Source: Polyangiales bacterium (GTDB lineage Bacteria > Myxococcota_A > Polyangia > Polyangiales > JADJQN01). From it: 64,000 nucleotides of DNA. Below, piece by piece: positions 10,021 through 20,200 of the stretch (the stretch's first letter is position 1; each line of letters starts with the position of its first letter). The notes below the pieces were generated by a model. It did no database searches and was not told the DNA's origin. It saw nothing but the letters and a program-made list of their open reading frames with translations. A program made the translations under genes and the position numbers. The DNA is taken from NCBI GenBank assembly GCA_964202905.1, contig CAXNJO010000010.1, positions 109,159-173,158 on the forward strand, written 5' to 3'.

Positions 10021-11599
10021 GCGCGCCGCACGCGCGCGCGCCGCGTCTGCCGCGCCGCTCGCTGCCGCGCTCGTCGCCGGCCGGCTGCGCCGCGCTCACC
10101 GCGGCCGGCGCTTACGCTGCCCGCGGACGACGTCGCGGGCGCCCGCCGCGCTGCGCGCCGACCACCCGGCACGACGGAGCTCCCGCCGCGCTACGACGCC
10201 GGTGACGTCGTGGAGTTCCTCGACTCCGCGGGCGGCGGCTTCCGCGTGCACTTCACGCGCACCGGGACGCACGCGGTCCCCGCCGACGACGCCGACGCCG
10301 ACGGCGTGCCCGACTTCGTCACGCTCGTCGCCGACACGCACGACGCGGTGCGCGCGCTACGAGGCGCTCGGCTTCCTGCCGGCCCGCAGCGACGCGCTCG
10401 TGCCCGACGGCACGGGCGGCAGCGAGCGCTTCGACGTGTACCTGCTCGACTTCGGTGGGTCGGCGGACGGCGCGTTCCGCCGCGAGATCTGCGCGCCTGC
10501 GGGCGGCTGCGCGGGCTACATGGTCGAGGAGAACGATTTCACCGGCTACGGCTATCCCACCCGCGGTTACGCCGTGCGGCTCCTCGCGTCGCACGAGTTC
10601 TTCCACGCGATCCAGGCCGCCTACGACCGCGACGGCGCCACGCAGGGCGCCGTGCTCTCGGAGGGCACCGCGGTGTGGGCGAGCGAGCGCTTCGACCCCG
10701 GCCTCCGCGACCTCGAGGGCTTCGCGGCGGGCTACCTCGAGCGCACCGACCGGCCGCTCGGCACCGATCCGCTCGGGCCCGTGCCCGCGTTCGCGTACGG
10801 CGCGGGGATTTTCTTCGAGCACCTCTCGACGCGTCACGGCGACGGCGTCGTCGCCGCGCTGCTCGAGGCCCTCGCCGCCGCGCCCGCCGGGAGCCGCTGG
10901 ACGGAGTCGCTCGACGCGCTCCTCGCGGCGCGCTTCGCCGACGCCTTCGAGCCCGCCTTCCTCGACTTCGCGGCGCGCCTCGTGTTTCTCGGCCCGCGCG
11001 CCGACGACACGCGCGGCCTCCCGCGGGCAGCGGCCTTCCCGGGCGTGACGACCCGCGTCGTCACGCTGCCCTTCGCCGACGCCTCGCTGCGCCTCTTCCC
11101 CGCTTCCGCCCGCTACTTCGAGGCCATCGCGGCGCCAGGCCCGCTCGTCGTTCGCGCGCGCGAGGGCGACGCCGCGTCGGGCGCCACGGTGCTCGCCTAC
11201 GCGCTCGCGCGGGGCGTCCCGGTGGCCGAGGCGCGCGGCCTCGGCGAGGCGTCGCTCGAGGTGCCCGCGACCGCCGACACGCTCCTCTTCGCGCTCGCGG
11301 ACGGGCGGACGGCGGGCGCGAGCCGCGTGCTCTCGATCTGCGCGGCGCAGGGCGGCGCGGAGGCCTGCGCGACGGCGCCGCCCGATGCCGGTGTCCTCGA
11401 CGCGGGCGCCCCCGACGCAGGCCCGCCCGTCGACGCCGGCCCCGTCGCGCCCCCGGCCGCCAGCGACGCGGGGTGCAGCGTGTCCCGCACGGGTATGCGC
11501 TCGTTGCCGAGCGGGCTGCTCGCACTGCTCTTGGGCCTCGCCGCGTCGGCCACCCGCCGCGAAGTGTCGCGCCGCAGCGCGCGCAAGCCCCGCGCCTGA
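10007..11599 (+). CDS. MXAN_6640-like zinc metalloprotease with MYXO-CTERM-like tail; frameshifted near 10080-10350, start uncertain
   Basis: One frame gives FRVHFTRTGTHAVPADDADADGVPDFV; the next gives FDVYLLDFGGSADG...LASHEFFHAIQAAY...SEGTAVWASE; tail GCSVS...LLALLLGLAA..RR. Confidence 0.75.
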   Translation: MRRRPRAARARAASAAPLAAALVAGRLRRAHRGRRLRCPRTTSRAPAALRADHPARRSSRRATTPVTSWSSSTPRAAASACTSRAPGRTRSPPTTPTPTACPTSSRSSPTRTTRCARYEALGFLPARSDALVPDGTGGSERFDVYLLDFGGSADGAFRREICAPAGGCAGYMVEENDFTGYGYPTRGYAVRLLASHEFFHAIQAAYDRDGATQGAVLSEGTAVWASERFDPGLRDLEGFAAGYLERTDRPLGTDPLGPVPAFAYGAGIFFEHLSTRHGDGVVAALLEALAAAPAGSRWTESLDALLAARFADAFEPAFLDFAARLVFLGPRADDTRGLPRAAAFPGVTTRVVTLPFADASLRLFPASARYFEAIAAPGPLVVRAREGDAASGATVLAYALARGVPVAEARGLGEASLEVPATADTLLFALADGRTAGASRVLSICAAQGGAEACATAPPDAGVLDAGAPDAGPPVDAGPVAPPAASDAGCSVSRTGMRSLPSGLLALLLGLAASATRREVSRRSARKPRA

Positions 11600-11616
11600 C
11601 GACGCGCCGACCGCGC

Positions 11617-12435
11617 TCAGCCGCCGCGTGGGCCGCGTCGACGCTCTCCGCGCTCCCGCTGCGGCTGCTGCGGACTCTCCGGCTTCTTCAATAAAAACAG
11701 ATAGTTGAAGCCGCGCAGGAAGAAGTTCTGCGCCTCGGCGGCCTTGTGGTAGTTGCCCATGTCGAGCGTCTTGTGGTGGCGCGTCACCGCGACGACGTCG
11801 ATCGGCTCGAGCCGCTGGGCGAGCAGGTCGAAGAGCGCGAGCCCGACAGGCGCAAAACCCGTCTTTTTTGCATAGAAATCGCACACATACACACCGAGCA
11901 CCCCGCCCGGGCGCAGCACCCGCGCGCACTCCGCGAAGACCTCGTCGAGCGCGCGGTAGAAGCGCGGGTCGTACGCGCTCAGCTTGCCGATGCACGCGGC
12001 GTCGTCGGAGTAGTCGATGTGGTCGCCGTACGGCGGATCGATGAACACGAGCTCCGCGACGCCGGCGTCGAGGGGCAGGCGCCGGGCGTCGGCGCGCTCG
12101 ATGTCGGGGCGGTACGGCGAGAGGTCGAAGCCGCGCGCACGCCGCCCGGTGTCGCGCGCGACGTCGATCGTCGTGCCCGAGCCGCACATCGGATCGACGA
12201 CGAGGTCGCCGGGCCGCGTGTAACGCTGCACGAGGTTCCACACGACGTAGGAGGGCGTCGCGCCGACGTAGCCCGGGTCACCCTGCGTGCCCTTGCCGTA
12301 GTGCTGCGACGGATACTCCCAGAGCGTCGTCGTCTGCACGCGGAGCGGGGGTTTCTCGGGGCGGCGGAAGCGCTCGGTCGACGCGCGCGGCGCCGGGGGG
12401 CGCGGGCCGCGCCGCGGGGGCGGGGAGTCGTTCAT
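11617..12435 (-). CDS. Orphan amino-methyltransferase (N4/N6 DNA methylase or Trm11-like)
   Basis: YTRPGDLVVDPMCGSGTT (SAM-binding) followed by FIDPPY (catalytic); ATG at 12435. Confidence 0.8.
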   Translation of the reverse strand: MNDSPPPRRGPRPPAPRASTERFRRPEKPPLRVQTTTLWEYPSQHYGKGTQGDPGYVGATPSYVVWNLVQRYTRPGDLVVDPMCGSGTTIDVARDTGRRARGFDLSPYRPDIERADARRLPLDAGVAELVFIDPPYGDHIDYSDDAACIGKLSAYDPRFYRALDEVFAECARVLRPGGVLGVYVCDFYAKKTGFAPVGLALFDLLAQRLEPIDVVAVTRHHKTLDMGNYHKAAEAQNFFLRGFNYLFLLKKPESPQQPQRERGERRRGPRGG

Positions 12436-12486
12436 CCGGCGGCGAGTATGGCACGGACGCTGTGGTAGGCTGCGCGCCCAGCCCCG

Positions 12487-13344
12487 ATGCGCATGGTCTC
12501 CTGCACGCTCGCCCGCCTGACCCTGCTCGCGGCCCTGACGCTCTCCCCCGCGGCCCCGGCCCTCGCGCAGGACGCCCCGAGCGCCAGCGAGACCGCCCTC
12601 GCCCGCGAGCAGCACAACGAGGGCATGGCGCACGCGCGCGCGGGGCGCTGGCCCGCGGCGTACGGCGCCTTCGCCCGGGCGTATGCGCTCGTGCGGCGCC
12701 CCCTCGTGCTGCTGAACCTGGCAGGCGCCGAAGAGCAGACGGGGCGCCTCGTCGAATCGGCCGAGCACTACCGTCAGTTCCTCCGCGAGGTGACGAGCGG
12801 CCGCGAGGCGCAGCAGCGGCCGGTGGCCGAGCAGGGCCTCAGCCGCGTCGAACCGCGCATCCCGCGCGCGCGCTTCATCCTCGAGGGGACGCGCCCCGCG
12901 GACACCTACGCGCTCGACGACAAGCCGCTCGCGCCCGCGGTGATGGGCTCGCCGCTGCCGCTCGACCCGGGCACGCACACGCTCGTCGTGCGCCACGCGG
13001 AGGGCGAGCTCGGGCGCATCACGTTCGTCCTCGCGGAGGGCGAGGCGCAGGACGTGCGCCTCACCGTCACGCGGCCCGCGGCACCCGTCGCCGAGCGCAC
13101 GCCGCTCCCCGAGGTGCGCGACCCGGACGCGCCCCCGCGCGAAGCGGGCATCCTCCCGCGCAACGGCGAAGCGCCGCCCGCCGCTCCCGCGCGCGACGAG
13201 GGGGGCGGCCTGCTCGCCTCGCCCGTGTTCTGGGTCGTCGTCGGCGTCGTCGTGCTCGGCGGCGCGACGGCCGGCGTCCTCGTGGCGACCAGCGGCAGCG
13301 AGGCCCCCTTCTCCGGAAACCTCGGGAGCATCCCCGTCCGATGA
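12487..13344 (+). CDS. Exported TPR/PEGA-like protein with a C-terminal membrane anchor
   Basis: Signal peptide ALA-Q; TPR-like AYGAFARAYAL..LLNLAGAEEQTGRLVE; LDPGTHTLVV (PEGA-like); FWVVVGVVVLGGATAGVLV TM helix. Confidence 0.7.
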   Translation: MRMVSCTLARLTLLAALTLSPAAPALAQDAPSASETALAREQHNEGMAHARAGRWPAAYGAFARAYALVRRPLVLLNLAGAEEQTGRLVESAEHYRQFLREVTSGREAQQRPVAEQGLSRVEPRIPRARFILEGTRPADTYALDDKPLAPAVMGSPLPLDPGTHTLVVRHAEGELGRITFVLAEGEAQDVRLTVTRPAAPVAERTPLPEVRDPDAPPREAGILPRNGEAPPAAPARDEGGGLLASPVFWVVVGVVVLGGATAGVLVATSGSEAPFSGNLGSIPVR

Positions 13345-15428
13345 GCGCGCGCCGAACCGCCAGCCTCCTGCTCGCTTCCCTCCTCGCCCTCGCCGCGGGT
13401 TGTGGTGACCCGCCGACCGAGATCGTGCTCGTCGTCGACACCGGGCTCGCCGTCCCCGCCGAGCTCGACGCGGTCACGATCGACGTCAGCGGCCCGACGC
13501 GCATGGAGCGCAAGCTCGCGCGGCTCGGGCCGAGCGGCACGGCGCTGCCCCTCACGCTCGGCCTCACGCGGGCGGAGGGCGCGGCGCTCGGGCCGCTCGG
13601 GATCGTCGTCAGCGGGCAGCGCGCGGGCACGGAGATCGTGCGCCGCGTCGTGTCGACCGAGTTCGTCGAGGGCGAGAGCCGCGTGCTGCGCGTGGTGCTC
13701 GTCGCCGACTGCCTCGCGCCGCGCGACTGTGGCGCCGGCAACACGTGCAGCGAGCTCGGCTGCGTGCCCGAGCGCCTCGCAGGCAGCGCGCTCCCCCGCT
13801 TCGGCGCGGTGCCCGGCCGCTTCGACGGCGGCAACGGCATGGTCGAGCGCTGCAACGGCGTCGACGACGACGGCGACACCCTGATCGACGAGGGCTTCGA
13901 CCTGCAGAACGAGACCGGCCACTGCGGCGCGTGCGGCAACGACTGCAGCGCGAAGCCCGGCGTGCGCGGCGCGCGCTGTGTCGCGGGCGCGTGCGTCATC
14001 GAGGGCTGCGCCGCAGACCGCGGCGACTGCGACGACGACCCGGCCAACGGCTGCGAGGTCGACACGCTCACCGACGCCGCGCACTGCGGCAGCTGCATCG
14101 GCATCTGCCAGCCGCTCAACGGCGCGCCGACCTGCAGCGCCGGCGCGTGCAGCATCGCGTGCACGCCGGGCTTCGCGGACTGCGACGCGAGCCCCGCGAG
14201 CGGCTGCGAGGCCAACCTCGCGAGCCTCGAGTCCTGCGGTCGCTGCGCGAACCGCTGCGACACGCGCTGCAGCGCGGGCTACTGCGACGATCAGCGCGTC
14301 CTCGCGCTCGCGGTCGGCGGCTCGCACGGCTGCGCGTTGCGCGAGCGCGGCACGCTCGTGTGCTGGGGTGCGAACGCCTCCGGCCAGCTCGGCGACGCGA
14401 CGACGACGGTACGCCGCCAGCCCATCGATGTCCGCGCGCTCACCGACGCCCGCTCGCTGGCGGCCGGCGACGCGCACACCTGCGCCATCCGCGCGACGGG
14501 TGGCGTCGCGTGCTGGGGCGAGGGCGATCTCGGTCGCCTCGGCGACGGCGGCACCACGGACCGCAACACGCCCGTCGCCGTGCTCGACCTGACGGGCGCG
14601 ACGCAGCTCGCGGGCGGCGGCGCCCACACCTGCGCGCTCGACACCGACGGCAGCGTACGTTGCTGGGGCGCGAACATGCGCGGGCAGGTCGGGGACGGGA
14701 CCCTCGCGACGCGGGTGCGCCCCGTCGCGGTCATGGGGCTCTCCGACGTGCGCGCGATCGTCGCCGGCGATCTGCACAGCTGCGCGCTCCGCACCGACGG
14801 CACCGTGGCCTGCTGGGGCGAGAACCGCCTCGGCCAGCTCGGTGACGCCTCCGTGCCGGGCGATCCGAGCGAGATGCTCTCGAACGTGGCGGGCCCGGTG
14901 GCCGCGCTCGACGCCGTGACCGCCATCGCCTCGCACGCCAAGGCCAATCACACCTGCGCGCTCCGCATGAGCGGCGAGGTGCTCTGCTGGGGCAAGGGCA
15001 CGAGCGACCAGCTCGGCACCGCCGCCGGCACGATGAACGCGCGCTCACCCGTCGCCGTCGCGCTACCGATGGCCGCGAGCGCGATCGCGGTGGGCGCGGA
15101 GCACTCTTGCGCGGCGCTCCTCGACGGCACCGTGCGCTGCTGGGGCCTCAACGATCAGGGCCAGCTCGGCAACGGCAGCACGCTCGGCGGCGCCGCCGTC
15201 GTGAGCGTCGAGCGCACGGACGCGATGCCGCTCGGCAGCCCGACGACGATCGAGGGCGCCAGCGCCGTGATCGTCGCGCTCAGCGGCGGCATCAAGCACA
15301 CGTGCGCGCTCACCCAGACCGGTGCGGTGTATTGCTGGGGCTACAACAACAACGGCCAGGTGGGCGACGGATCGTCGGCGCCGAACTTCATCCGCGCGAC
15401 GCGCGTCCGCACGCTGCCCTTCCCCTGA
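13341..15428 (+). CDS. Lipoprotein with Cys-rich repeats and an RCC1-repeat beta-propeller
   Basis: ATGA overlap with the upstream gene; LAAGC lipobox; ERCNGVDDDGD and HCGACG repeats; about 7 HTCA...CWG.N..GQLGDG repeats. Confidence 0.9.
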   Translation: MSARRTASLLLASLLALAAGCGDPPTEIVLVVDTGLAVPAELDAVTIDVSGPTRMERKLARLGPSGTALPLTLGLTRAEGAALGPLGIVVSGQRAGTEIVRRVVSTEFVEGESRVLRVVLVADCLAPRDCGAGNTCSELGCVPERLAGSALPRFGAVPGRFDGGNGMVERCNGVDDDGDTLIDEGFDLQNETGHCGACGNDCSAKPGVRGARCVAGACVIEGCAADRGDCDDDPANGCEVDTLTDAAHCGSCIGICQPLNGAPTCSAGACSIACTPGFADCDASPASGCEANLASLESCGRCANRCDTRCSAGYCDDQRVLALAVGGSHGCALRERGTLVCWGANASGQLGDATTTVRRQPIDVRALTDARSLAAGDAHTCAIRATGGVACWGEGDLGRLGDGGTTDRNTPVAVLDLTGATQLAGGGAHTCALDTDGSVRCWGANMRGQVGDGTLATRVRPVAVMGLSDVRAIVAGDLHSCALRTDGTVACWGENRLGQLGDASVPGDPSEMLSNVAGPVAALDAVTAIASHAKANHTCALRMSGEVLCWGKGTSDQLGTAAGTMNARSPVAVALPMAASAIAVGAEHSCAALLDGTVRCWGLNDQGQLGNGSTLGGAAVVSVERTDAMPLGSPTTIEGASAVIVALSGGIKHTCALTQTGAVYCWGYNNNGQVGDGSSAPNFIRATRVRTLPFP

Positions 15429-15515
15429 CCTCGCCAGCGCGCGCGCGCAGGTGCTTTGTTCCACCGTCGCGCGCATGACGTCGCGAGCGAGGGCCGCTGC
15501 CACGTCGCTGCGCGG

Positions 15516-17039
15516 TCAGAAATCGTCTTCGACGAGCACCGGGCCACCGCCCGTCGCGCGGCGCTTCGTCGGGCGCTTCGTTGGCGTACGTACGGAATTG
15601 GCGTCGCTGGGCGGTACGATCTCGTCCGTCAGTGCGGGCAGCGCGGCGACCCCTGCATCGGGCGCAACGGGCGCGACGGGCGGCGTCGGCGTGACGGGAG
15701 CGGGCACCACGACGACCGGCGTCCCCGCGGCAGGCTGCGCCGTCGGCGTGACGGGCGCGTCCGCCGGCGTCCCGATGATCTGCGACGCCAGCCAGAACGC
15801 CCCCCCGACGCCCGCGATCGCCACGCCCCCCGCCGCGGCCATGAGCGGCCAGGGCTTCCCACTCCGGTCGCGCGCGCGCTGCACGCTGGTCGTGCGCACG
15901 ACGGGCTGCGGAGAGTCGTCGCGCGCCACCGCCTGCTCGAGGTCGTCGAGCCTCACGTCGAGCGCCTCGACCGTCATCGTCTTGAGCGCCTCGTCCTCGC
16001 TCGCGGCGGCCTGCGGGCGCATCGGCGGACGCGCCCCGGGGCTGGTGTAACCGCCCGAAACCCCCTCGAGTTTCAGCACGACGCTCTCCGGCAGCGCGGC
16101 GCGGTCACGTTCGATCTGGTCGGCCATCGACGCGATCATCAACTCGCTGAGCGACTCGGCATCGACCGCGAGCGCGCGCGGCAGCGCGTCGCCGAGGCGG
16201 CGGCGGAACTCCTGCGCCGTCGCGGGGCGCGCATCGGGGTCCTCGGCGAGCGCGGAGAGGACGACGGCGTCGAGCGCGGGCGGGATCGACGGCAGCCAGC
16301 GGCTCGGCGCCTCGACCATCGGGTGCCGCACGTTCTCGAGCACGAGGAGATCGTTGGCCGCGTCGAAGAGGGGCCGCGCCGCGAGCAGCTCCCAGAGCAC
16401 GATACCCAGTGCGAACACGTCGCTGCGGCGATCGACGGGACGCCCCCACGCCTGCTCCGGCGACATGTAGCGGAACTTGCCCTTGATGCTGCCCGCCTCG
16501 GTCTGCTGTGAGCGCCCGGAGGCCTTCGCGATGCCGAAGTCGATGAGCTTCACGTGGCCCTGGTACGCGAGGAGCACGTTCTGCGGGCTCACGTCGCGGT
16601 GCACGACCCCGAGCAATTCGCCGAGATCGCCGCGCGTCTCGTGCGCGGCGTGCAGCCCATCGGCGACCTTCATCACGATGCTCGTCGCGATCTCCGCCGC
16701 GAGCATGCGCTTGCGCCGCGCGAGCGCGCGCACGAGCAAGGAGAGCGAGCAGCCGTGCACGTACTCCATCACGAGGAAGTACGTGCCCTCGGCCTCGCCG
16801 AGCTCTTCGACGTGCACGACGTTGGGGTGGACGATGCGCGCCGAGAGCAGCGCCTCGTCGACGAACATCCGCACGAAGGACGCATCCGTCGCGAGGTGCG
16901 GGTGCACGACCTTGATCGCGACGAAGCGCTGGAAGCCCGCGGCGCCACGGCGATGCGCGAGAAAGAGCGTCGCCATCCCGCCCGACTTCAGGCGGGCGAC
17001 GATCTCGTACTCACCGACCTTGTCGCCGAGCTCGAACAC
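15516..17039 (-). CDS. Membrane-anchored Hanks-type Ser/Thr protein kinase
   Basis: KSGGMATL, VAIKVVH, HRDVSPQNVLL, DFGIAK, YMSPEQ, DVFALG; TM segment near the C-terminus. Confidence 0.95.
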   Translation of the reverse strand: MFELGDKVGEYEIVARLKSGGMATLFLAHRRGAAGFQRFVAIKVVHPHLATDASFVRMFVDEALLSARIVHPNVVHVEELGEAEGTYFLVMEYVHGCSLSLLVRALARRKRMLAAEIATSIVMKVADGLHAAHETRGDLGELLGVVHRDVSPQNVLLAYQGHVKLIDFGIAKASGRSQQTEAGSIKGKFRYMSPEQAWGRPVDRRSDVFALGIVLWELLAARPLFDAANDLLVLENVRHPMVEAPSRWLPSIPPALDAVVLSALAEDPDARPATAQEFRRRLGDALPRALAVDAESLSELMIASMADQIERDRAALPESVVLKLEGVSGGYTSPGARPPMRPQAAASEDEALKTMTVEALDVRLDDLEQAVARDDSPQPVVRTTSVQRARDRSGKPWPLMAAAGGVAIAGVGGAFWLASQIIGTPADAPVTPTAQPAAGTPVVVVPAPVTPTPPVAPVAPDAGVAALPALTDEIVPPSDANSVRTPTKRPTKRRATGGGPVLVEDDF

Positions 17040-17066
17040 GCGCTTCGTCCGCTCCCCTCGCCCCGC

Positions 17067-20000
17067 TCAGTTCCCGCTCACGCAGGCCTGCTGCAGCTCG
17101 ACCCGGAGCGTGTACGGCGAGCACTCGAAGGCCGGCGCGCCGACCCCGCGCACGGTCACGAAGTACGAGCCGGAGTCGCTCCCGAACAGCCCGCAGCTGC
17201 CGTCGATGACGGCCGAGCGGGTGCCGCTCGCGCCGGCGGCGACGGTCGTGCACGTGCCGTCGCCGCACGTCCCGCCGGCCTGCACGCACACCTGATAGGA
17301 GCCGGCGTTCGCGGGGACCGTGAGGGTGGCGACGAGACGGTAGTCCTCGTCGCAGCCGGCCGGGTTGAGACAGATCGCGGTGCACGTGCAGGTGCTGTCG
17401 TTCTCGAGCCAGTTGACGCGGTAGACGTCCGCGTCGCCCGCTCCGTAGATCGTCGGCGTCACCGTCTGAATCGAGACGCGCGCACCATCGTTGGTGGTGC
17501 CCATCGCCGCGAGCGCGCTGGCCGCCGAACACGAGTTGTTCGGCTCGAAGGAATCCCCGGAGAGCCCCTCGTCCGTCTGGCCGTCGCAGTCGTTGTCGAC
17601 GTCGTCGCACGTCTCGGCCGCCGAGGGACGCGGCGTGCACGTGAGCTGCGCGCCGGCGTCGCACACGGCGCACGGTGTTCGCGCACTGGCCGACGCCGCA
17701 GCTCTGCGTGTTCGAGGCGGGCGCGTAGGGGTCGCAACGCCCCGGAGTAGTACCCGTGCAGCCGGAGAGAAGCTGGCAGGTGTTGTCGCAGTCGAGTACC
17801 TCCGCCCCCGCGGTCGTCCTTCCCGGACAGAGGGTCATGGCGCCCTGGCAGGTGCCACTCCCGGTGCAGAACACGTCGCGGGCAGGGACATTCGCAACCT
17901 GGTTGCAGGAGCCGCCGACGGCCGCGCCGGTGGGCGAGGTGAAGTAGGCGGCGCAGTTCACGAGGCCGCACTCGTTCGCCGGGTCGGTCCCACCCGGGAT
18001 GTTCACGCAGTCACCCTCGCTGCCGGGCACGTCGCAGGCGCGGCACGTGCCGGAGCACGCGCTCGTGCAGCACACGCCGTCGACGCAGGAGAGCCCGGTC
18101 GCGCACTCCGCCGTGTTGCTGCACGCGGCCGCCTTCATCCCGCGCGAGGTGCAGACGCCGCTCGCGCTGCAGAACGCCGTCGGGTCGCACTCGGCGTCGC
18201 TGCTGCAGCCGCTCGCGCAGATGGGCGCGTCCTGCGAGGTCGCGCTCGTGCAGGTCACCGAGGGATACGTGCCGCAGTTGTTCGCCTCGAGGCCGGCGCA
18301 ACCCGTGTCGTCGGGCACGGCGGAGCCGACCGCGCACTGCTTGCTCGCGGTGCAGACGGGATCGACGCGCTCGCCCTGACAGCCCGCGGCGCGCGTACAG
18401 CTCGAGGCGCGCCCGTACGTCGCCGCGGGGCAGTCGCTCGCCATGCTGCAGCAGTCGCCGGTCGCGCAGCAGAAACCATTGTTGCAGTAGCTGCTGAGGC
18501 AGTCGCTGGCCTCGTCGCACATGCGGCCGCTCTCGAGGTCGGGCACGCAGGCCCCCGCGTCGCAGTGGGCCTCGGGGTCGCACTCGGCGTCGGAGGTGCA
18601 CGCGGTCGCGCACGACGGCGCGGGCTGCTCGGTGCCGCCGGAGCAGTAGCGCGCCGGGTACGACCCGCACGCGTCGGCGAGCACGCCGCCGTTGCAGGCG
18701 CTGTCGTCGGAGACGTTCGTCATCGTGTTGCAGACGAAGCCCACGCAGACGGCCGCGTCGCGCGAGCCCTGGCACGCCTCGGGCGCCTCGCAGCGGGGCG
18801 CGGTCGCGTAGGCGCCGGGGCAGTCGCTCGGCCGCACGCAGCAGTCGCCGCCCGAGCAGCAGATGCCGTTGTTGCAGTAGCCGCTCGTGCAGTCGCTGGC
18901 CTCGTTGCAGGTCTCGCCGTCCGGGAGGTCCGGCAGACACACGATGTCGCAGTGCGCGCCCGGGTCGCACTCGGGATCCGCCGCGCAGATCGACGGGCAC
19001 GCCGGCGCGCTCTGCGTCGCGCCGCCCGCGCAGCGCTGCGCGACGAAGAAGCCGCAGTCGTTCGCGACGGTGTCGGCGGTGCAGCCGCTGTCGTCGGGGA
19101 CGCCGGCGACGGTGCCGCAGATGAAGTCCACGCACGAGGCCGCGCCGGTCGTCCCCTGGCAGGTCGCCGCCGAATCGCAGACCGAGATGAAGCCGCCCGA
19201 CACGGGGCAGTCAGAGGCCGCGTTGCAGCAGATGCCGCCGTCGCAGCAGAAGCCGTTGTCGCAGTGCCCGCCGCCGCAGTCGGTGTCCTCGTCGCACGTG
19301 CCGCCGTCGACGACGTCGTCGATGCACGCGCCGAGCTCGCAGTGCGCGGTCGCGGCGCAGAGCGAGTCGTCGTCGGCGCCGGTCGAGTCCGTGCAGGCGG
19401 TCGCGCAGCGCGTCCCGGTGCTGCCGCCGCCCTCGCACGCGTAGAGGGTGCAGGGCGTGCGCACGCCCTCGACGCACGCCCCCATCTCGCAGGAGCCGGG
19501 CCCGATCTCCTCGTACACGCCGCCGCCGGACGCCTCACCGCAACGCTGGTCGCCGCAGTCGGCGGCGAAGCCGTCGACCGTGCCGTCGCAGTCGTCGTCG
19601 ACGCTGTTGCACTGCTCGGGCGCCGCGGGGTTCACCGCGATGTCCACGTCGTTGCAGTCGAGGCCCGCGCAGCCGAGACCGTCGCCGTAGCCGTCCGCGT
19701 CCTCGTCGATGCAGCAGCTGCCGTTGAGCGGGCTGCACACGTACGCGCCACCGGCGGCGTTCGTGCACTCGAAGGCGCGCGGGCACGTCGGCAGCTCGAG
19801 GTCGCACGCGGGCACGCACGCGCGCTGGCCCGAGGGCAGCGCGAGGCAGCGCGCCGTCGGGCCGCACTCGGCGTCGAGCGCGCAGGGCTCGCACGACGCG
19901 AGGAAGTCCGTCGGGCCCGCGTCGACCCCGAGGTCCGGCCGCACCAGCGGCCCGAGGTCGGGGCCGCCGAGGTCCGGCGCGCCGAGGTCGATCCCCGCAT

Positions 20001-20109
20001 CCGGGAGCGCGGGGGGCGGCGCGTCACCGCCGCCACCACAGGCGCCGAGCCAGGCGGCGGCGAGCGACATGAGGACGAGGGCACGGGCGGAGGGGCGCGG
20101 GGAGGGCAT
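17067..20109 (-). CDS. Large Cys-rich lipoprotein (EGF/Dickkopf-like and CNxxDDDCDG metal-binding repeats, C-terminal PPC-like beta-sandwich); frameshift ~17666
   Basis: WLGAC lipobox; NPAAPEQCNSVDDDCDG; repeated CDEASDC..YCNNGFCC; C-terminus continues in ORF 17067..17666 (ETCDDVDNDCDG, DSFEPNNSC, GDADVYRV, YTLRVEL). Confidence 0.8.
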
Positions 20110-20200
20110 GCGGGACTCCATCGGAAGAAAGCCGGGATGGGACGATATCGCGGACGGGCGCGCGCTGTCACGATGCACGCGGGCACGCTACCGTCGCTCC

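Noticed and set aside
6713..11599. Single 1628-aa protein in the ORF track
   Set aside because: The first ~550 aa are an off-frame read of the methyltransferase and HmuY genes; the rest joins the S8 and metalloprotease regions through frameshifts
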